Origin: Eledone cirrhosa
Taxonomy: Eukaryota
Length of the DNA: 64,000 bases
NCBI GenBank assembly: GCA_964016885.1
Contig: OZ024743.1
Coordinates: 11,594,001-11,658,000, forward strand
Direction of reading: 5' to 3'
Shown here: one piece after another, positions 25,001-40,000 of the stretch
Layout of the letters: the number at the start of each line of letters is the position of its first letter
Numbering within the stretch: position 1 is the stretch's first letter
Translations under genes and position numbers: made by a program
Notes under the pieces: model-generated
Seen by the model: the letters and a program-made list of their open reading frames with translations, nothing else
What the model was told of the DNA's origin: nothing
Databases searched by the model: none

Positions 25001-28000
25001 AGTTTACCCTGTCATATAGTCGTTTGGTGCCACAATAAAAAGCACCCAGTTTACCCTGTCATATGGTCGTTTGGTGACACAATAAAAAGCACCCAGTTTA
25101 CCCTGTCATATAGTCGTTTGGTGACACAATAAAAAGCACCCAGTTTACCCTGTCATATAGTCGTTTGGTGCCACAATAAAAAGCACCCAGTTTACCCTGT
25201 CATATAGTCGTTTGGTGTCACAATAAAAAGCACCCAGTTTACCCTGTCATATAGTCGTTTGGTGCCACAATAAAAAGCACCCAGTTTACCCTGTCATATG
25301 GTCGTTTGGTGACACAATAAAAAGCACCCAGTTTACCCTGTCATATAGTCGTTTGGTACCACAATGAAAAAGCACCCAGTTTACCCTGTCATATAGTCGT
25401 TTGGTGCCACAATAAAAAGCACCCAGTTTACCCTGTCATATGGTCGTTTGGTGCCACAATAAAAAGCACCCAGTTTACCCTGTCATATGGTCGTTTGGTG
25501 CCACAATAAAAAGCATCCAGTTTACCCTGTCATATAGTCGTTTGGTGCCACAATAAAAAGCACCCAGTTTACCCTGTCATATAGTCGTTTGGTGCCACAA
25601 TAAAAAGCACCCAGTTTACCCTGTCATATGGTCGTTTGGTGACACAATAAAAAGCACCCAGTTTACCCTGTCATATAGTCGTATGGTGCCACAATAAAAA
25701 GCACCCAGTTTACCCTGTCATATGGTCGTTTGGTGCCACAATAAAAAGCACCCAGTTTACCCTGTCATATGGTCGTTTGGTGCCACAATAAAAAGCACTC
25801 AGTTTACCCTGTCATATGGTCGTTTGGTGCCACAATCAAAAGCACCCAGTTTACCCTGTCATATAGTCGTTTGGTGCCACAATAAAAAGTACCCAGTTTA
25901 CCCTGTCATATAGTCGTTTGGTGCCACAATAAAAAGCACCCAGTTCACCGTCATATAGTCGTTTGGTGTCACAATAAAAAGCACCCAGTTTACCCTGTCA
26001 TATAGTCGTTTGGTGCTACAATAAAAAGCACCCAGTTTACCCTGTCATATAGTCGTTTGGTGCCACAATCAAAAGCACCCAGTTTACCCTGTCATATGGT
26101 CGTTTGGTGCTACAATAAAAAGCACTCAGTTTACCCTGTCATATAGTCGTTTGGTGCCACAATAAAAAGCACCCATTTTACCCTGTCATATGGTCGTTTG
26201 GTGCCACAATAAAAAGCACCCAGTTTATCCTGTCATATGGTCGTTTGGTGCCACAATCAAAAGCACCCAGTTTACCCTGTCATATGGTCGTTTGGTGCCA
26301 CAATAAAAAGCACTCAGTTTACCCTGTCATATGGTCGTTTGGTGCCACAATCAAAAGCACCCAGTTTACCCTGTCATATAGTCGTTTGGTGCCACAATAA
26401 AAAGTACCCAGTTTACCCTGTCATATAGTCGTTTGGTGCCACAATAAAAAGCACCAGTTCACCGTCATATAGTTGTTTGGTGTCACAATAAAAAGCACCC
26501 TGTTTACCCTGTCATATGGTCGTTTGGTGCCACAATAAAAAGCACCCAGTTTACCCTGTCATATGGTCGTTTGGTGTCACAATAAAAAGCACCCAGTTTA
26601 CCCTGTCATATGGTCGTTTGGTGCCACAATAAAAAGCACCCAGTTTAACCTGTCATATAGTCGTTTGGTGCCACAATAAAAAGCACCCAGTTTACCCTGT
26701 CATATAGTCGTTTGGTGCTACAATAAAAAGCACCCAGTTTACCCTGTCATATGGTCGTTTGGTGCTACAATAAAAAGCACCCAGTTTACCCTGTCATATA
26801 GTTGTTTGGTGCCACAATAAAAAGCACCCAGTTTACCCTGTCATATAGTCGTTTGGTGCCACAATAAAAAGCACCCAGTTTACCCTGTCATATAGTCGTT
26901 TGGTGCTATAATAAAAAGCACCCAGTTTACCCTGTCATATGGTCGTTTGGTGCTACAATAAAAAGCACCCATTTTACCCTGTCATATAGTCGTTTGGTGC
27001 CACAATAAAAAGCACCCAGTTTACCCTGTCATATAGTCGTTTGGTGCTACAATAAAAAGCACCCAGTTTACCCTGTCATATAGTCGTTTGGTGCCACAAT
27101 AAAAAGCACCCAGTTTACCCTGTCATATAGTCGTTTGGTGACACAATAAAAAGCACCCAGTTTACCCTGTCATATAGTCGTTTGGTGCCACAATAAAAAG
27201 CACCCAGTTTACCCTGTCATATAGTCGTTTGGTGCCACAATAAAAAGCACCCAGTTTACCCTGTCATATAGTCGTTTGGTGCCACAATAAAAAGCACCCA
27301 GTTTACCCTGTCATATAGTCGTTTGGTGCCACAATAAAAAGCACCCAGTTTACCCTGTCATATGGTCGTTTGGTGACACAATAAAAAGCACCCAGTTTAC
27401 CCTGTCATATAGTCGTTTGGTACCACAATGAAAAAGCACCCAGTTTACCCTGTCATATAGTCGTTTGGTGCCACAATAAAAAGCACCCAGTTTACCCTGT
27501 CATATAGTCGTTTGGTGACACAATAAAAAGCACCCAGTTTACCCTGTCATATAGTCGTTTGGTGCCACAATAAAAAGCACCCAGTTTACCCTGTCATATA
27601 GTCGTTTGGATTCACAATAAAAAGCACCCAGTTTACCCTGTCATATAGTCGTTTGGTGCCACAATAAAAAGCACCCAGTTTACCCTGTCATATGGTCGTT
27701 TGGTGACACAATAAAAAGCACCCAGTTTACCCTGTCATATAGTCGTTTGGTGACACAATAAAAAGCACCCAGTTTACCCTGTCATATAGTCGTTTGGTGC
27801 CACAATAAAAAGCACCCAGTTTACCCTGTCATATAGTCGTTTGGTGTCACAATAAAAAGCACCCAGTTTACCCTGTCATATAGTCGTTTGGTGCCACAAT
27901 AAAAAGCACCCAGTTTACCCTGTCATATGGTCGTTTGGTGACACAATAAAAAGCACCCAGTTTACCCTGTCATATAGTCGTTTGGTACCACAATGAAAAA

Positions 28001-31000
28001 GCACCCAGTTTACCCTGTCATATAGTCGTTTGGTGCCACAATAAAAAGCACCCAGTTTACCCTGTCATATGGTCGTTTGGTGTCACAATAAAAAGCACCC
28101 AGTTTACCCTGTCATATGGTCGTTTGGTGCCACAATAAAAAGCATCCAGTTTACCCTGTCATATAGTCGTTTGGTGCCACAATAAAAAGCACCCAGTTTA
28201 CCCTGTCATATAGTCGTTTGGTGCCACAATAAAAAGCACCCAGTTTACCCTGTCATATGGTCGTTTGGTGACACAATAAAAAGCACCCAGTTTACCCTGT
28301 CATATAGTCGTATGGTGCCACAATAAAAAGCACCCAGTTTACCCTGTCATATGGTCGTTTGGTGCCACAATAAAAAGCACCCAGTTTACCCTGTCATATG
28401 GTCGTTTGGTGCCACAATAAAAAGCACTCAGTTTACCCTGTCATATGGTCGTTTGGTGCCACAATCAAAAGCACCCAGTTTACCCTGTCATATAGTCGTT
28501 TGGTGCCACAATAAAAAGTACCCAGTTTACCCTGTCATATAGTCGTTTGGTGCCACAATAAAAAGCACCCAGTTCACCGTCATATAGTCGTTTGGTGTCA
28601 CAATAAAAAGCACCCAGTTTACCTTGTCATATGGTCGTTTGGTGCCACAATAAAAAGCACCCAGTTTATCCTGTCATATGTTCGTTTGGTGCCACAATCA
28701 AAAGCACCCAGTTTACCCTGTCATATGGTCGTTTGGTGCCACAATAAAAAGCACTCAGTTTACCCTGTCATATGGTCGTTTGGTGCCACAATCAAAAGCA
28801 CCCAGTTTACCCTGTCATATAGTCGTTTGGTTCCACAATAAAAAGTACCCAGTTTACCCTGTCATATAGTCGTTTGGTGCCACAATAAAAAGCACCCAGT
28901 TCACCGTCATATAGTCGTTTGGTGTCACAATAAAAAGCACCCAGTTTACCCTGTCATATGGTCGTTTGGTGCCACAATAAAAAGCACCCAGTTTACCCTG
29001 TCATATGGTCGTTTGGTGTCACAATAAAAAGCACCCAGTTTACCCTGTCATATGGTCGTTTGGTGCCACAATAAAAAGCACCCAGTTTAACCTGTCATAT
29101 AGTCGTTTGGTGCCACAATAAAAAGCACCCAGTTTACCCTGTCATATAGTCGTTTGGTGCTACAATAAAAAGCACCCAGTTTACCCTGTCATATGGTCGT
29201 TTGGTGCTACAATAAAAAGCACCCAGTTTACCCTGTCATATAGTCGTTTGGTGCCACAATAAAAAGCACCCAGTTTACCCTGTCATATAGTCGTTTGGTG
29301 CCACAATAAAAAGCACCCAGTTTACCCTGTCATATAGTCGTTTGGTGCCACAATAAAAAGCACCCAGTTTACCCTGTCATATAGTCGTTTGGTGCCACAA
29401 TAAAAAGCACCCAGTTTACCCAGTCATATAGTCGTTTGGTACCACAATGAAAAAGCACCCAGTTTACCCTGTCATATAGTCGTTTGGTGCTACAATAAAA
29501 AGCACCCAGTTTACCCTGTCATATGGTCGTTTGGTGCCACAATAAAAAGCACCCAGTTTACCCTGTCATATGGTCGTTTGGTGCCACAATAAAAAGCATC
29601 CAGTTTACCCTGTCATATAGTCGTTTGGTGCCACAATAAAAAGCACCCAGTTTACCCTGTCATATAGTCGTTTGGTGCCACAATAAAAAGCACCCAGTTT
29701 ACCCTGTCATATGGTCGTTTGGTGACACAATAAAAAGCACCCAGTTTACCCTGTCATATAGTCGTATGGTGCCACAATAAAAAGCACCCAGTTTACCCTG
29801 TCATATGGTCGTTTGGTGCCACAATAAAAAGCACCCAGTTTACCCTGTCATATGGTCGTTTGGTGCCACAATAAAAAGCACCCAGTTTACCCTGTCATAT
29901 AGTCGTTTGGTGCCACAATAAAAAGCACCCAGTTTACCCTGTCATATAGTCGTTTGGTGCTACAATAAAAAGTACCCAGTTTACCCTGTCATATAGTCGT
30001 TTGGTGCTACAATAAAAAGCACCCAGTTTACCCTGTCATATGGTCGTTTGGTGCTACAATAAAAAGCACCCAGTTTACCCTGTCATATAGTCGTTTGGTG
30101 CCACAATAAAAAGCACCCAGTTTACCCTGTCATATAGTCGTTTGGTGCTACAATAAAAAGCACCCAGTTTACCCTGTCATATAGTCGTTTGGTGCCACAA
30201 TCAAAAGCACCCAGTTTACCCTGTCATATAGTCGTTTGGTGCTACAATAAAAAGCACCCAGTTTACCCTGTCATATGGTCGTTTGGTGCTACACTAAAAA
30301 GCACCCAGTTTACCCTGTCATATAGTCGTTTGGTGCCACAATAAAAAGCACCCAGTTTACCCTGTCATATAGTCGTTTGGTGCCACAATAAAAAGCACCC
30401 AGTTTACCCTGTCATATGGTCGTTTGGTGCTACAATAAAAAGCACCCAGTTTACCCTGTCATATAGTCGTTTGGTGTCACAATAAAAAGCACCCATTTTA
30501 CCCTGTCATATGGTCGTTTGGTGCCACAATAAAAAGCACCCAGTTTATCCTGTCATATGGTCGTTTGGTGCCACAATCAAAAGCACCCAGTTTACCCTGT
30601 CATATGGTCGTTTGGTGCCACAATAAAAAGCACTCAGTTTACCCTGTCATATGGTCGTTTGGTGCCACAATCAAAAGCACCCAGTTTACCCTGTCATATA
30701 GTCGTTTGGTGCCACAATAAAAAGTACCCAGTTTACCCTGTCATATAGTCGTTTGGTGCCACAATAAAAAGCACCCAGTTCACCGTCATATAGTTGTTTG
30801 GTGTCACAATAAAAAGCACCCTGTTTACCCTGTCATATGGTCGTTTGGTGCCACAATAAAAAGCACCCAGTTTACCCTGTCATATAGTCGTTTGGTGCCA
30901 CAATAAAAAGCACCCAGTTTACCCTGTCATATAGTCGTTTGGTGCTACAATAAAAAGCACCCAGTTTACCCTGTCATATGGTCGTTTGGTGCTACAATAA

Positions 31001-34000
31001 AAAGCACCCAGTTTACCCTGTCATATAGCTGTTTGGTGCCACAATAAAAAGCACCCAGTTTACCCTGTCATATAGTCGTTTGGTGCCACAATAAAAAGCA
31101 CCCAGTTTACCCTGTCATATAGTCGTTTGGTGCTATAATAAAAAGCACCCAGTTTACCCTGTCATATGGTCGTTTGGTGCTACAATAAAAAGCACCCAGT
31201 TTACCCTGTCATATAGTCGTTTGGTGCCACAATAAAAAGCACCCAGTTTACCCTGTCATATAGTCGTTTGGTGCTACAATAAAAAGCACCCAGTTTACCC
31301 TGTCATATAGTCGTTTGGTGCCACAATAAAAAGCACCCAGTTTACCCTGTCATATGGTCGTTTGGTGACACAATAAAAAGCACCCAGTTTACCCTGTCAT
31401 ATAGTCGTTTGGTGCCACAATAAAAAGCACCCAGATTACCCTGTCATATAGTCGTTTGGTGCCACAATAAAAAGCACCCAGTTTACCCTGTCATATAGTC
31501 GTTTGGTGCCACAATAAAAAGCACCCAGTTTACCCTGTCATATAGTCGTTTGGTGCCACAATAAAAAGCACCCAGTTTACCCTGTCATATGGTCGTTTGG
31601 TGACACAATAAAAAGCACCCAGTTTACCCTGTCATATAGTCGTTTGGTACCACAATGAAAAAGCACCCAGTTTACCCTGTCATATAGTCGTTTGGTGCCA
31701 CAATAAAAAGCACCCAGTTTACCCTGTCATATGGTCGTTTGGTGTCACAATAAAAAGCACCCAGTTTACCCTGTCATATGGTCGTTTGGTGCCACAATAA
31801 AAAGCATCCAGTTTACCCTGTCATATAGTCGTTTGGTGCCACAATAAAAAGCACCCAGTTTACCCTGTCATATAGTCGTTTGGTGCCACAATAAAAAGCA
31901 CCCAGTTTACCCAGTCATATAGTCGTTTGGTACCACAATGAAAAAGCACCCAGTTTACCCTGTCATATAGTCGTTTGGTGCCACAATAAAAAGCACCCAG
32001 TTCACCGTCATATAGTCGTTTGGTGTCACAATAAAAAGCACCCAGTTTACCTTGTCATATGGTCGTTTGGTGCCACAATAAAAAGCACCCAGTTTATCCT
32101 GTCATATGTTCGTTTGGTGCCACAATCAAAAGCACCCAGTTTACCCTGTCATATGGTCGTTTGGTGCCACAATAAAAAGCACTCAGTTTACCCTGTCATA
32201 TGGTCGTTTGGTGCCACAATCAAAAGCACCCAGTTTACCCTGTCATATAGTCGTTTGGTTCCACAATAAAAAGTACCCAGTTTACCCTGTCATATAGTCG
32301 TTTGGTGCCACAATAAAAAGCACCCAGTTCACCGTCATATAGTCGTTTGGTGTCACAATAAAAAGCACCCAGTTTACCCTGTCATATGGTCGTTTGGTGC
32401 CACAATAAAAAGCACCCAGTTTACCCTGTCATATGGTCGTTTGGTGTCACAATAAAAAGCACCCAGTTTACCCTGTCATATGGTCGTTTGGTGCCACAAT
32501 AAAAAGCACCCAGTTTAACCTGTCATATAGTCGTTTGGTGCCACAATAAAAAGCACCCAGTTTACCCTGTCATATAGTCGTTTGGTGCTACAATAAAAAG
32601 CACCCAGTTTACCCTGTCATATGGTCGTTTGGTGCTACAATAAAAAGCACCCAGTTTACCCTGTCATATAGTCGTTTGGTGCCACAATAAAAAGCACCCA
32701 GTTTACCCTGTCATATAGTCGTTTGGTGCCACAATAAAAAGCACCCAGTTTACCCTGTCATATAGTCGTTTGGTGCCACAATAAAAAGCACCCAGTTTAC
32801 CCTGTCATATAGTCGTTTGGTGCCACAATAAAAAGCACCCAGTTTACCCAGTCATATAGTCGTTTGGTACCACAATGAAAAAGCACCCAGTTTACCCTGT
32901 CATATAGTCGTTTGGTGCTACAATAAAAAGCACCCAGTTTACCCTGTCATATGGTCGTTTGGTGCCACAATAAAAAGCACCCAGTTTACCCTGTCATATG
33001 GTCGTTTGGTGCCACAATAAAAAGCATCCAGTTTACCCTGTCATATAGTCGTTTGGTGCCACAATAAAAAGCACCCAGTTTACCCTGTCATATAGTCGTT
33101 TGGTGCCACAATAAAAAGCACCCAGTTTACCCTGTCATATGGTCGTTTGGTGACACAATAAAAAGCACCCAGTTTACCCTGTCATATAGTCGTATGGTGC
33201 CACAATAAAAAGCACCCAGTTTACCCTGTCATATGGTCGTTTGGTGCCACAATAAAAAGCACCCAGTTTACCCTGTCATATGGTCGTTTGGTGCCACAAT
33301 AAAAAGCACCCAGTTTACCCTGTCATATAGTCGTTTGGTGCCACAATAAAAAGCACCCAGTTTACCCTGTCATATAGTCGTTTGGTGCTACAATAAAAAG
33401 TACCCAGTTTACCCTGTCATATAGTCGTTTGGTGCTACAATAAAAAGCACCCAGTTTACCCTGTCATATGGTCGTTTGGTGCTACAATAAAAAGCACCCA
33501 GTTTACCCTGTCATATAGTCGTTTGGTGCCACAATAAAAAGCACCCAGTTTACCCTGTCATATAGTCGTTTGGTGCTACAATAAAAAGCACCCAGTTTAC
33601 CCTGTCATATAGTCGTTTGGTGCCACAATCAAAAGCACCCAGTTTACCCTGTCATATAGTCGTTTGGTGCTACAATAAAAAGCACCCAGTTTACCCTGTC
33701 ATATGGTCGTTTGGTGCTACACTAAAAAGCACCCAGTTTACCCTGTCATATAGTCGTTTGGTGCCACAATAAAAAGCACCCAGTTTACCCTGTCATATAG
33801 TCGTTTGGTGCCACAATAAAAAGCACCCAGTTTACCCTGTCATATGGTCGTTTGGTGCTACAATAAAAAGCACCCAGTTTACCCTGTCATATAGTCGTTT
33901 GGTGTCACAATAAAAAGCACCCATTTTACCCTGTCATATGGTCGTTTGGTGCCACAATAAAAAGCACCCAGTTTATCCTGTCATATGGTCGTTTGGTGCC

Positions 34001-37000
34001 ACAATCAAAAGCACCCAGTTTACCCTGTCATATGGTCGTTTGGTGCCACAATAAAAAGCACTCAGTTTACCCTGTCATATGGTCGTTTGGTGCCACAATC
34101 AAAAGCACCCAGTTTACCCTGTCATATAGTCGTTTGGTGCCACAATAAAAAGTACCCAGTTTACCCTGTCATATAGTCGTTTGGTGCCACAATAAAAAGC
34201 ACCCAGTTCACCGTCATATAGTTGTTTGGTGTCACAATAAAAAGCACCCTGTTTACCCTGTCATATGGTCGTTTGGTGCCACAATAAAAAGCACCCAGTT
34301 TACCCTGTCATATGGTCGTTTGGTGTCACAATAAAAAGCACCCAGTTTACCCTGTCATATGGTCGTTTGGTGCCACAATAAAAAGCACCCAGTTTAACCT
34401 GTCATATAGTCGTTTGGTGCCACAATAAAAAGCACCCAGTTTACCCTGTCATATAGTCGTTTGGTGCTACAATAAAAAGCACCCAGTTTACCCTGTCATA
34501 TGGTCGTTTGGTGCTACAATAAAAAGCACCCAGTTTACCCTGTCATATAGTTGTTTGGTGCCACAATAAAAAGCACCCAGTTTACCCTGTCATATAGTCG
34601 TTTGGTGCCACAATAAAAAGCACCCAGTTTACCCTGTCATATAGTCGTTTGGTGCTATAATAAAAAGCACCCAGTTTACCCTGTCATATGGTCGTTTGGT
34701 GCTACAATAAAAAGCACCCAGTTTACCCTGTCATATAGTCGTTTGGTGCCACAATAAAAAGCACCCAGTTTACCCTGTCATATAGTCGTTTGGTGCTACA
34801 ATAAAAAGCACCCAGTTTACCCTGTCATATAGTCGTTTGGTGCCACAATAAAAAGCACCCAGTTTACCCTGTCATATGGTCGTTTGGTGACACAATAAAA
34901 AGCACCCAGTTTACCCTGTCATATAGTCGTTTGGTGCCACAATAAAAAGCACCCAGTTTACCCTGTCATATAGTCGTTTGGTGCCACAATAAAAAGCACC
35001 CAGTTTACCCTGTCATATAGTCGTTTGGTGCCACAATAAAAAGCACCCAGTTTACCCTGTCATATAGTCGTTTGGTGCCACAATAAAAAGCACCCAGTTT
35101 ACCCTGTCATATGGTCGTTTGGTGACACAATAAAAAGCACCCAGTTTACCCTGTCATATAGTCGTTTGGTACCACAATGAAAAAGCACCCAGTTTACCCT
35201 GTCATATAGTCGTTTGGTGCCACAATAAAAAGCACCCAGTTTACCCTGTCATATGGTCGTTTGGTGTCACAATAAAAAGCACCCAGTTTACCCTGTCATA
35301 TGGTCGTTTGGTGCCACAATAAAAAGCATCCAGTTTACCCTGTCATATAGTCGTTTGGTGCCACAATAAAAAGCACCCAGTTTACCCTGTCATATAGTCG
35401 TTTGGTGCCACAATAAAAAGCACCCAGTTTACCCTGTCATATGGTCGTTTGGTGCTACAATAAAAAGCACCCAGTTTACCCTGTCATATAGTTGTTTGGT
35501 GCCACAATAAAAAGCACCCAGTTTACCCTGTCATATAGTCGTTTGGTGCCACAATAAAAAGCACCCAGTTTACCCTGTCATATAGTCGTTTGGTGCCACA
35601 ATAAAAAGCACCCAGTTTACCCTGTCATATAGTCGTTTGGTGCCACAATAAAAAGCACCCAGTTTACCCTGTCATATAGTCGTTTGGTGCCACAATAAAA
35701 AGCACCCAGTTTACCCTGTCATATGGTCGTTTGGTGACACAATAAAAAGCACCCAGTTTACCCTGTCATATAGTCGTTTGGTACCACAATGAAAAAGCAC
35801 CCAGTTTACCCTGTCATATAGTCGTTTGGTGCCACAATAAAAAGCACCCAGTTTACCCTGTCATATAGTCGTTTGGTGACACAATAAAAAGCACCCAGTT
35901 TACCCTGTCATATAGTCGTTTGGTGCCACAATAAAAAGCACCCAGTTTACCCTGTCATATAGTCGTTTGGTTTCACAATAAAAATCACCCAGTTTACCCT
36001 GTCATATAGTCGTTTGGTGCCACAATAAAAAGCACCCAGTTTACCCTGTCATAAGGTCGTTTGGTGACACAATAAAAAGCACCCAGTTTACCCTGTCATA
36101 TAGTCGTTTGGTGACACAATAAAAAGCACCCAGTTTACCCTGTCATATAGTCGTTTGGTGCCACAATAAAAAGCACCCAGTTTACCCTGTCATATAGTCG
36201 TTTGGTGTCACAATAAAAAGCACCCAGTTTACCCTGTCATATAGTCGTTTGGTGCCACAATAAAAAGCACCCAGTTTACCCTGTCATATGGTCGTTTGGT
36301 GACACAATAAAAAGCACCCAGTTTACCCTGTCATATAGTCGTTTGGTACCACAATGAAAAAGCACCCAGTTTACCCTGTCATATAGTCGTTTGGTGCCAC
36401 AATAAAAAGCACCCAGTTTACCCTGTCATATGGTCGTTTGGTGTCACAATAAAAAGCACCCAGTTTACCCTGTCATATGGTCGTTTGGTGCCACAATAAA
36501 AAGCATCCAGTTTACCCTGTCATATAGTCGTTTGGTGCCACAATAAAAAGCACCCAGTTTACCCTGTCATATAGTCGTTTGGTGCCACAATAAAAAGCAC
36601 CCAGTTTACCCTGTCATATGGTCGTTTGGTGACACAATAAAAAGCACCCAGTTTACCCTGTCATATAGTCGTATGGTGCCACAATAAAAAGCACCCAGTT
36701 TACCCTGTCATATGGTCGTTTGGTGCCACAATAAAAAGAACCCAGTTTACCCTGTCATATGGTCGTTTGGTGCCACAATAAAAAGCACCCAGTTTACCCT
36801 GTCATATAGTCGTTTGGTGCCACAATAAAAAGCACCCAGTTTACCCTGTCATATAGTCGTTTGGTGCTACAATAAAAAGTACCCAGTTTACCCTGTCATA
36901 TAGTCGTTTGGTGCTACAATAAAAAGCACCCAGTTTACCCTGTCATATAGTCGTTTGGTGCCACAATCAAAAGCACCCAGTTTACCCTGTCATATGGTCG

Positions 37001-40000
37001 TTTGGTGCCACAATAAAAAGCACTCAGTTTACCCTGTCATATGGTCGTTTGGTGCCACAATCAAAAGCACCCAGTTTACCCTGTCATATAGTCGTTTGGT
37101 GCCACAATAAAAAGTACCCAGTTTACCCTGTCATATAGTCGTTTGGTGCCACAATAAAAAGCACCCAGTTCACCGTCATATAGTCGTTTGGTGTCACAAT
37201 AAAAAGCACCCAGTTTACCTTGTCATATGGTCGTTTGGTGCCACAATAAAAAGCACCCAGTTTATCCTGTCATATGTTCGTTTGGTGCCACAATCAAAAG
37301 CACCCAGTTTACCCTGTCATATGGTCGTTTGGTGCCACAATAAAAAGCACTCAGTTTACCCTGTCATATGGTCGTTTGGTGCCACAATCAAAAGCACCCA
37401 GTTTACCCTGTCATATAGTCGTTTGGTGCCACAATAAAAAGTACCCAGTTTACCCTGTCATATAGTCGTTTGGTGCCACAATAAAAAGCACCCAGTTCAC
37501 CGTCATATAGTCGTTTGGTGTCACAATAAAAAGCACCCAGTTTACCCTGTCATATGGTCGTTTGGTGCCACAATAAAAAGCACCCAGTTTACCCTGTCAT
37601 ATGGTCGTTTGGTGTCACAATAAAAAGCACCCAGTTTACCCTGTCATATGGTCGTTTGGTGCCACAATAAAAAGCACCCAGTTTAACCTGTCATATAGTC
37701 GTTTGGTGCCACAATAAAAAGCACCCAGTTTACCCTGTCATATAGTCGTTTGGTGCTACAATAAAAAGCACCCAGTTTACCCTGTCATATGGTCGTTTGG
37801 TGCTACAATAAAAAGCACCCAGTTTACCCTGTCATATAGTCGTTTGGTGCCACAATAAAAAGCACCCAGTTTACCCTGTCATATAGTCGTTTGGTGCCAC
37901 AATAAAAAGCACCCAGTTTACCCTGTCATATAGTCGTTTGGTGCCACAATAAAAAGCACCCAGTTTACCCTGTCATATAGTCGTTTGGTGCCACAATAAA
38001 AAGCACCCAGTTTACCCTGTCATATAGTCGTTTGGTGCCACAATAAAAAGCACCCAGTTTACCCTGTCATATGGTCGTTTGGTGACACAATAAAAAGCAC
38101 CCAGTTTACCCTGTTATATAGTCGTTTGGTACCACAATGAAAAAGCACCCAGTTTACCCTGTCATATAGTCGTTTGGTGCTACAATAAAAAGCACCCAGT
38201 TTACCCTGTCATATGGTCGTTTGGTGCCACAATAAAAAGCACCCAGTTTACCCTGTCATATGGTCGTTTGGTGCCACAATAAAAAGCATCCAGTTTACCC
38301 TGTCATATAGTCGTTTGGTGCCACAATAAAAAGCACCCAGTTTACCCTGTCATATAGTCGTTTGGTGCCACAATAAAAAGCACCCAGTTTACCCTGTCAT
38401 ATGGTCGTTTGGTGACACAATAAAAAGCACCCAGTTTACCCTGTCATATAGTCGTATGGTGCCACAATAAAAAGCACCCAGTTTACCCTGTCATATGGTC
38501 GTTTGGTGCCACAATAAAAAGCACCCAGTTTACCCTGTCATATGGTCGTTTGGTGCCACAATAAAAAGCACCCAGTTTACCCTGTCATATAGTCGTTTGG
38601 TGCCACAATAAAAAGCACCCAGTTTACCCTGTCATATAGTCGTTTGGTGCTACAATAAAAAGTACCCAGTTTACCCTGTCATATAGTCGTTTGGTGCTAC
38701 AATAAAAAGCACCCAGTTTACCCTGTCATATGGTCGTTTGGTGCTACAATAAAAAGCACCCAGTTTACCCTGTCATATAGTCGTTTGGTGCCACAATAAA
38801 AAGCACCCAGTTTACCCTGTCATATAGTCGTTTGGTGCTACAATAAAAAGCACCCAGTTTACCCTGTCATATAGTCGTTTGGTGCCACAATCAAAAGCAC
38901 CCAGTTTACCCTGTCATATAGTCGTTTGGTGCTACAATAAAAAGCACCCAGTTTACCCTGTCATATGGTCGTTTGGTGCTACACTAAAAAGCACCCAGTT
39001 TACCCTGTCATATAGTCGTTTGGTGCCACAATAAAAAGCACCCAGTTTACCCTGTCATATAGTCGTTTGGTGCCACAATAAAAAGCACCCAGTTTACCCT
39101 GTCATATGGTCGTTTGGTGCTACAATAAAAAGCACCCAGTTTACCCTGTCATATAGTCGTTTGGTGTCACAATAAAAAGCACCCATTTTACCCTGTCATA
39201 TGGTCGTTTGGTGCCACAATAAAAAGCACCCAGTTTATCCTGTCATATGGTCGTTTGGTGCCACAATTAAAAGCACCCAGTTTACCCTGTCATATGGTCG
39301 TTTGGTGCCACAATAAAAAGCACTCAGTTTACCCTGTCATATGGTCGTTTGGTGCCACAATCAAAAGCACCCAGTTTACCCTGTCATATAGTCGTTTGGT
39401 GCCACAATAAAAAGTACCCAGTTTACCCTGTCATATAGTCGTTTGGTGCCACAATAAAAAGCACCCAGTTCACCGTCATATAGTTGTTTGGTGTCACAAT
39501 AAAAAGCACCCTGTTTACCCTGTCATATGGTCGTTTGGTGCCACAATAAAAAGCACCCAGTTTACCCTGTCATATGGTCGTTTGGTGTCACAATAAAAAG
39601 CACCCAGTTTACCCTGTCATATGGTCGTTTGGTGCCACAATAAAAAGCACCCAGTTTAACCTGTCATATAGTCGTTTGGTGCCACAATAAAAAGCACCCA
39701 GTTTACCCTGTCATATAGTCGTTTGGTGCTACAATAAAAAGCACCCAGTTTACCCTGTCATATGGTCGTTTGGTGCTACAATAAAAAGCACCCAGTTTAC
39801 CCTGTCATATAGTTGTTTGGTGCCACAATAAAAAGCACCCAGTTTACCCTGTCATATAGTCGTTTGGTGCCACAATAAAAAGCACCCAGTTTACCCTGTC
39901 ATATAGTCGTTTGGTGCTATAATAAAAAGCACCCAGTTTACCCTGTCATATGGTCGTTTGGTGCTACAATAAAAAGCACCCAGTTTACCCTGTCATATAG

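Noticed and set aside
7399-37465. Repeated 63-66 aa ORFs (MVVWCHNQKHPVYPVIWSFGATIKSTQFTLSYGRLVPQSKAPSLPCH...)
   Set aside because: 47 is not a multiple of 3, and the consensus carries TAA/TAG stops. ORFs appear only where AATCAA and TATGG variants happen to remove stops, so they mark duplicated blocks rather than genes.
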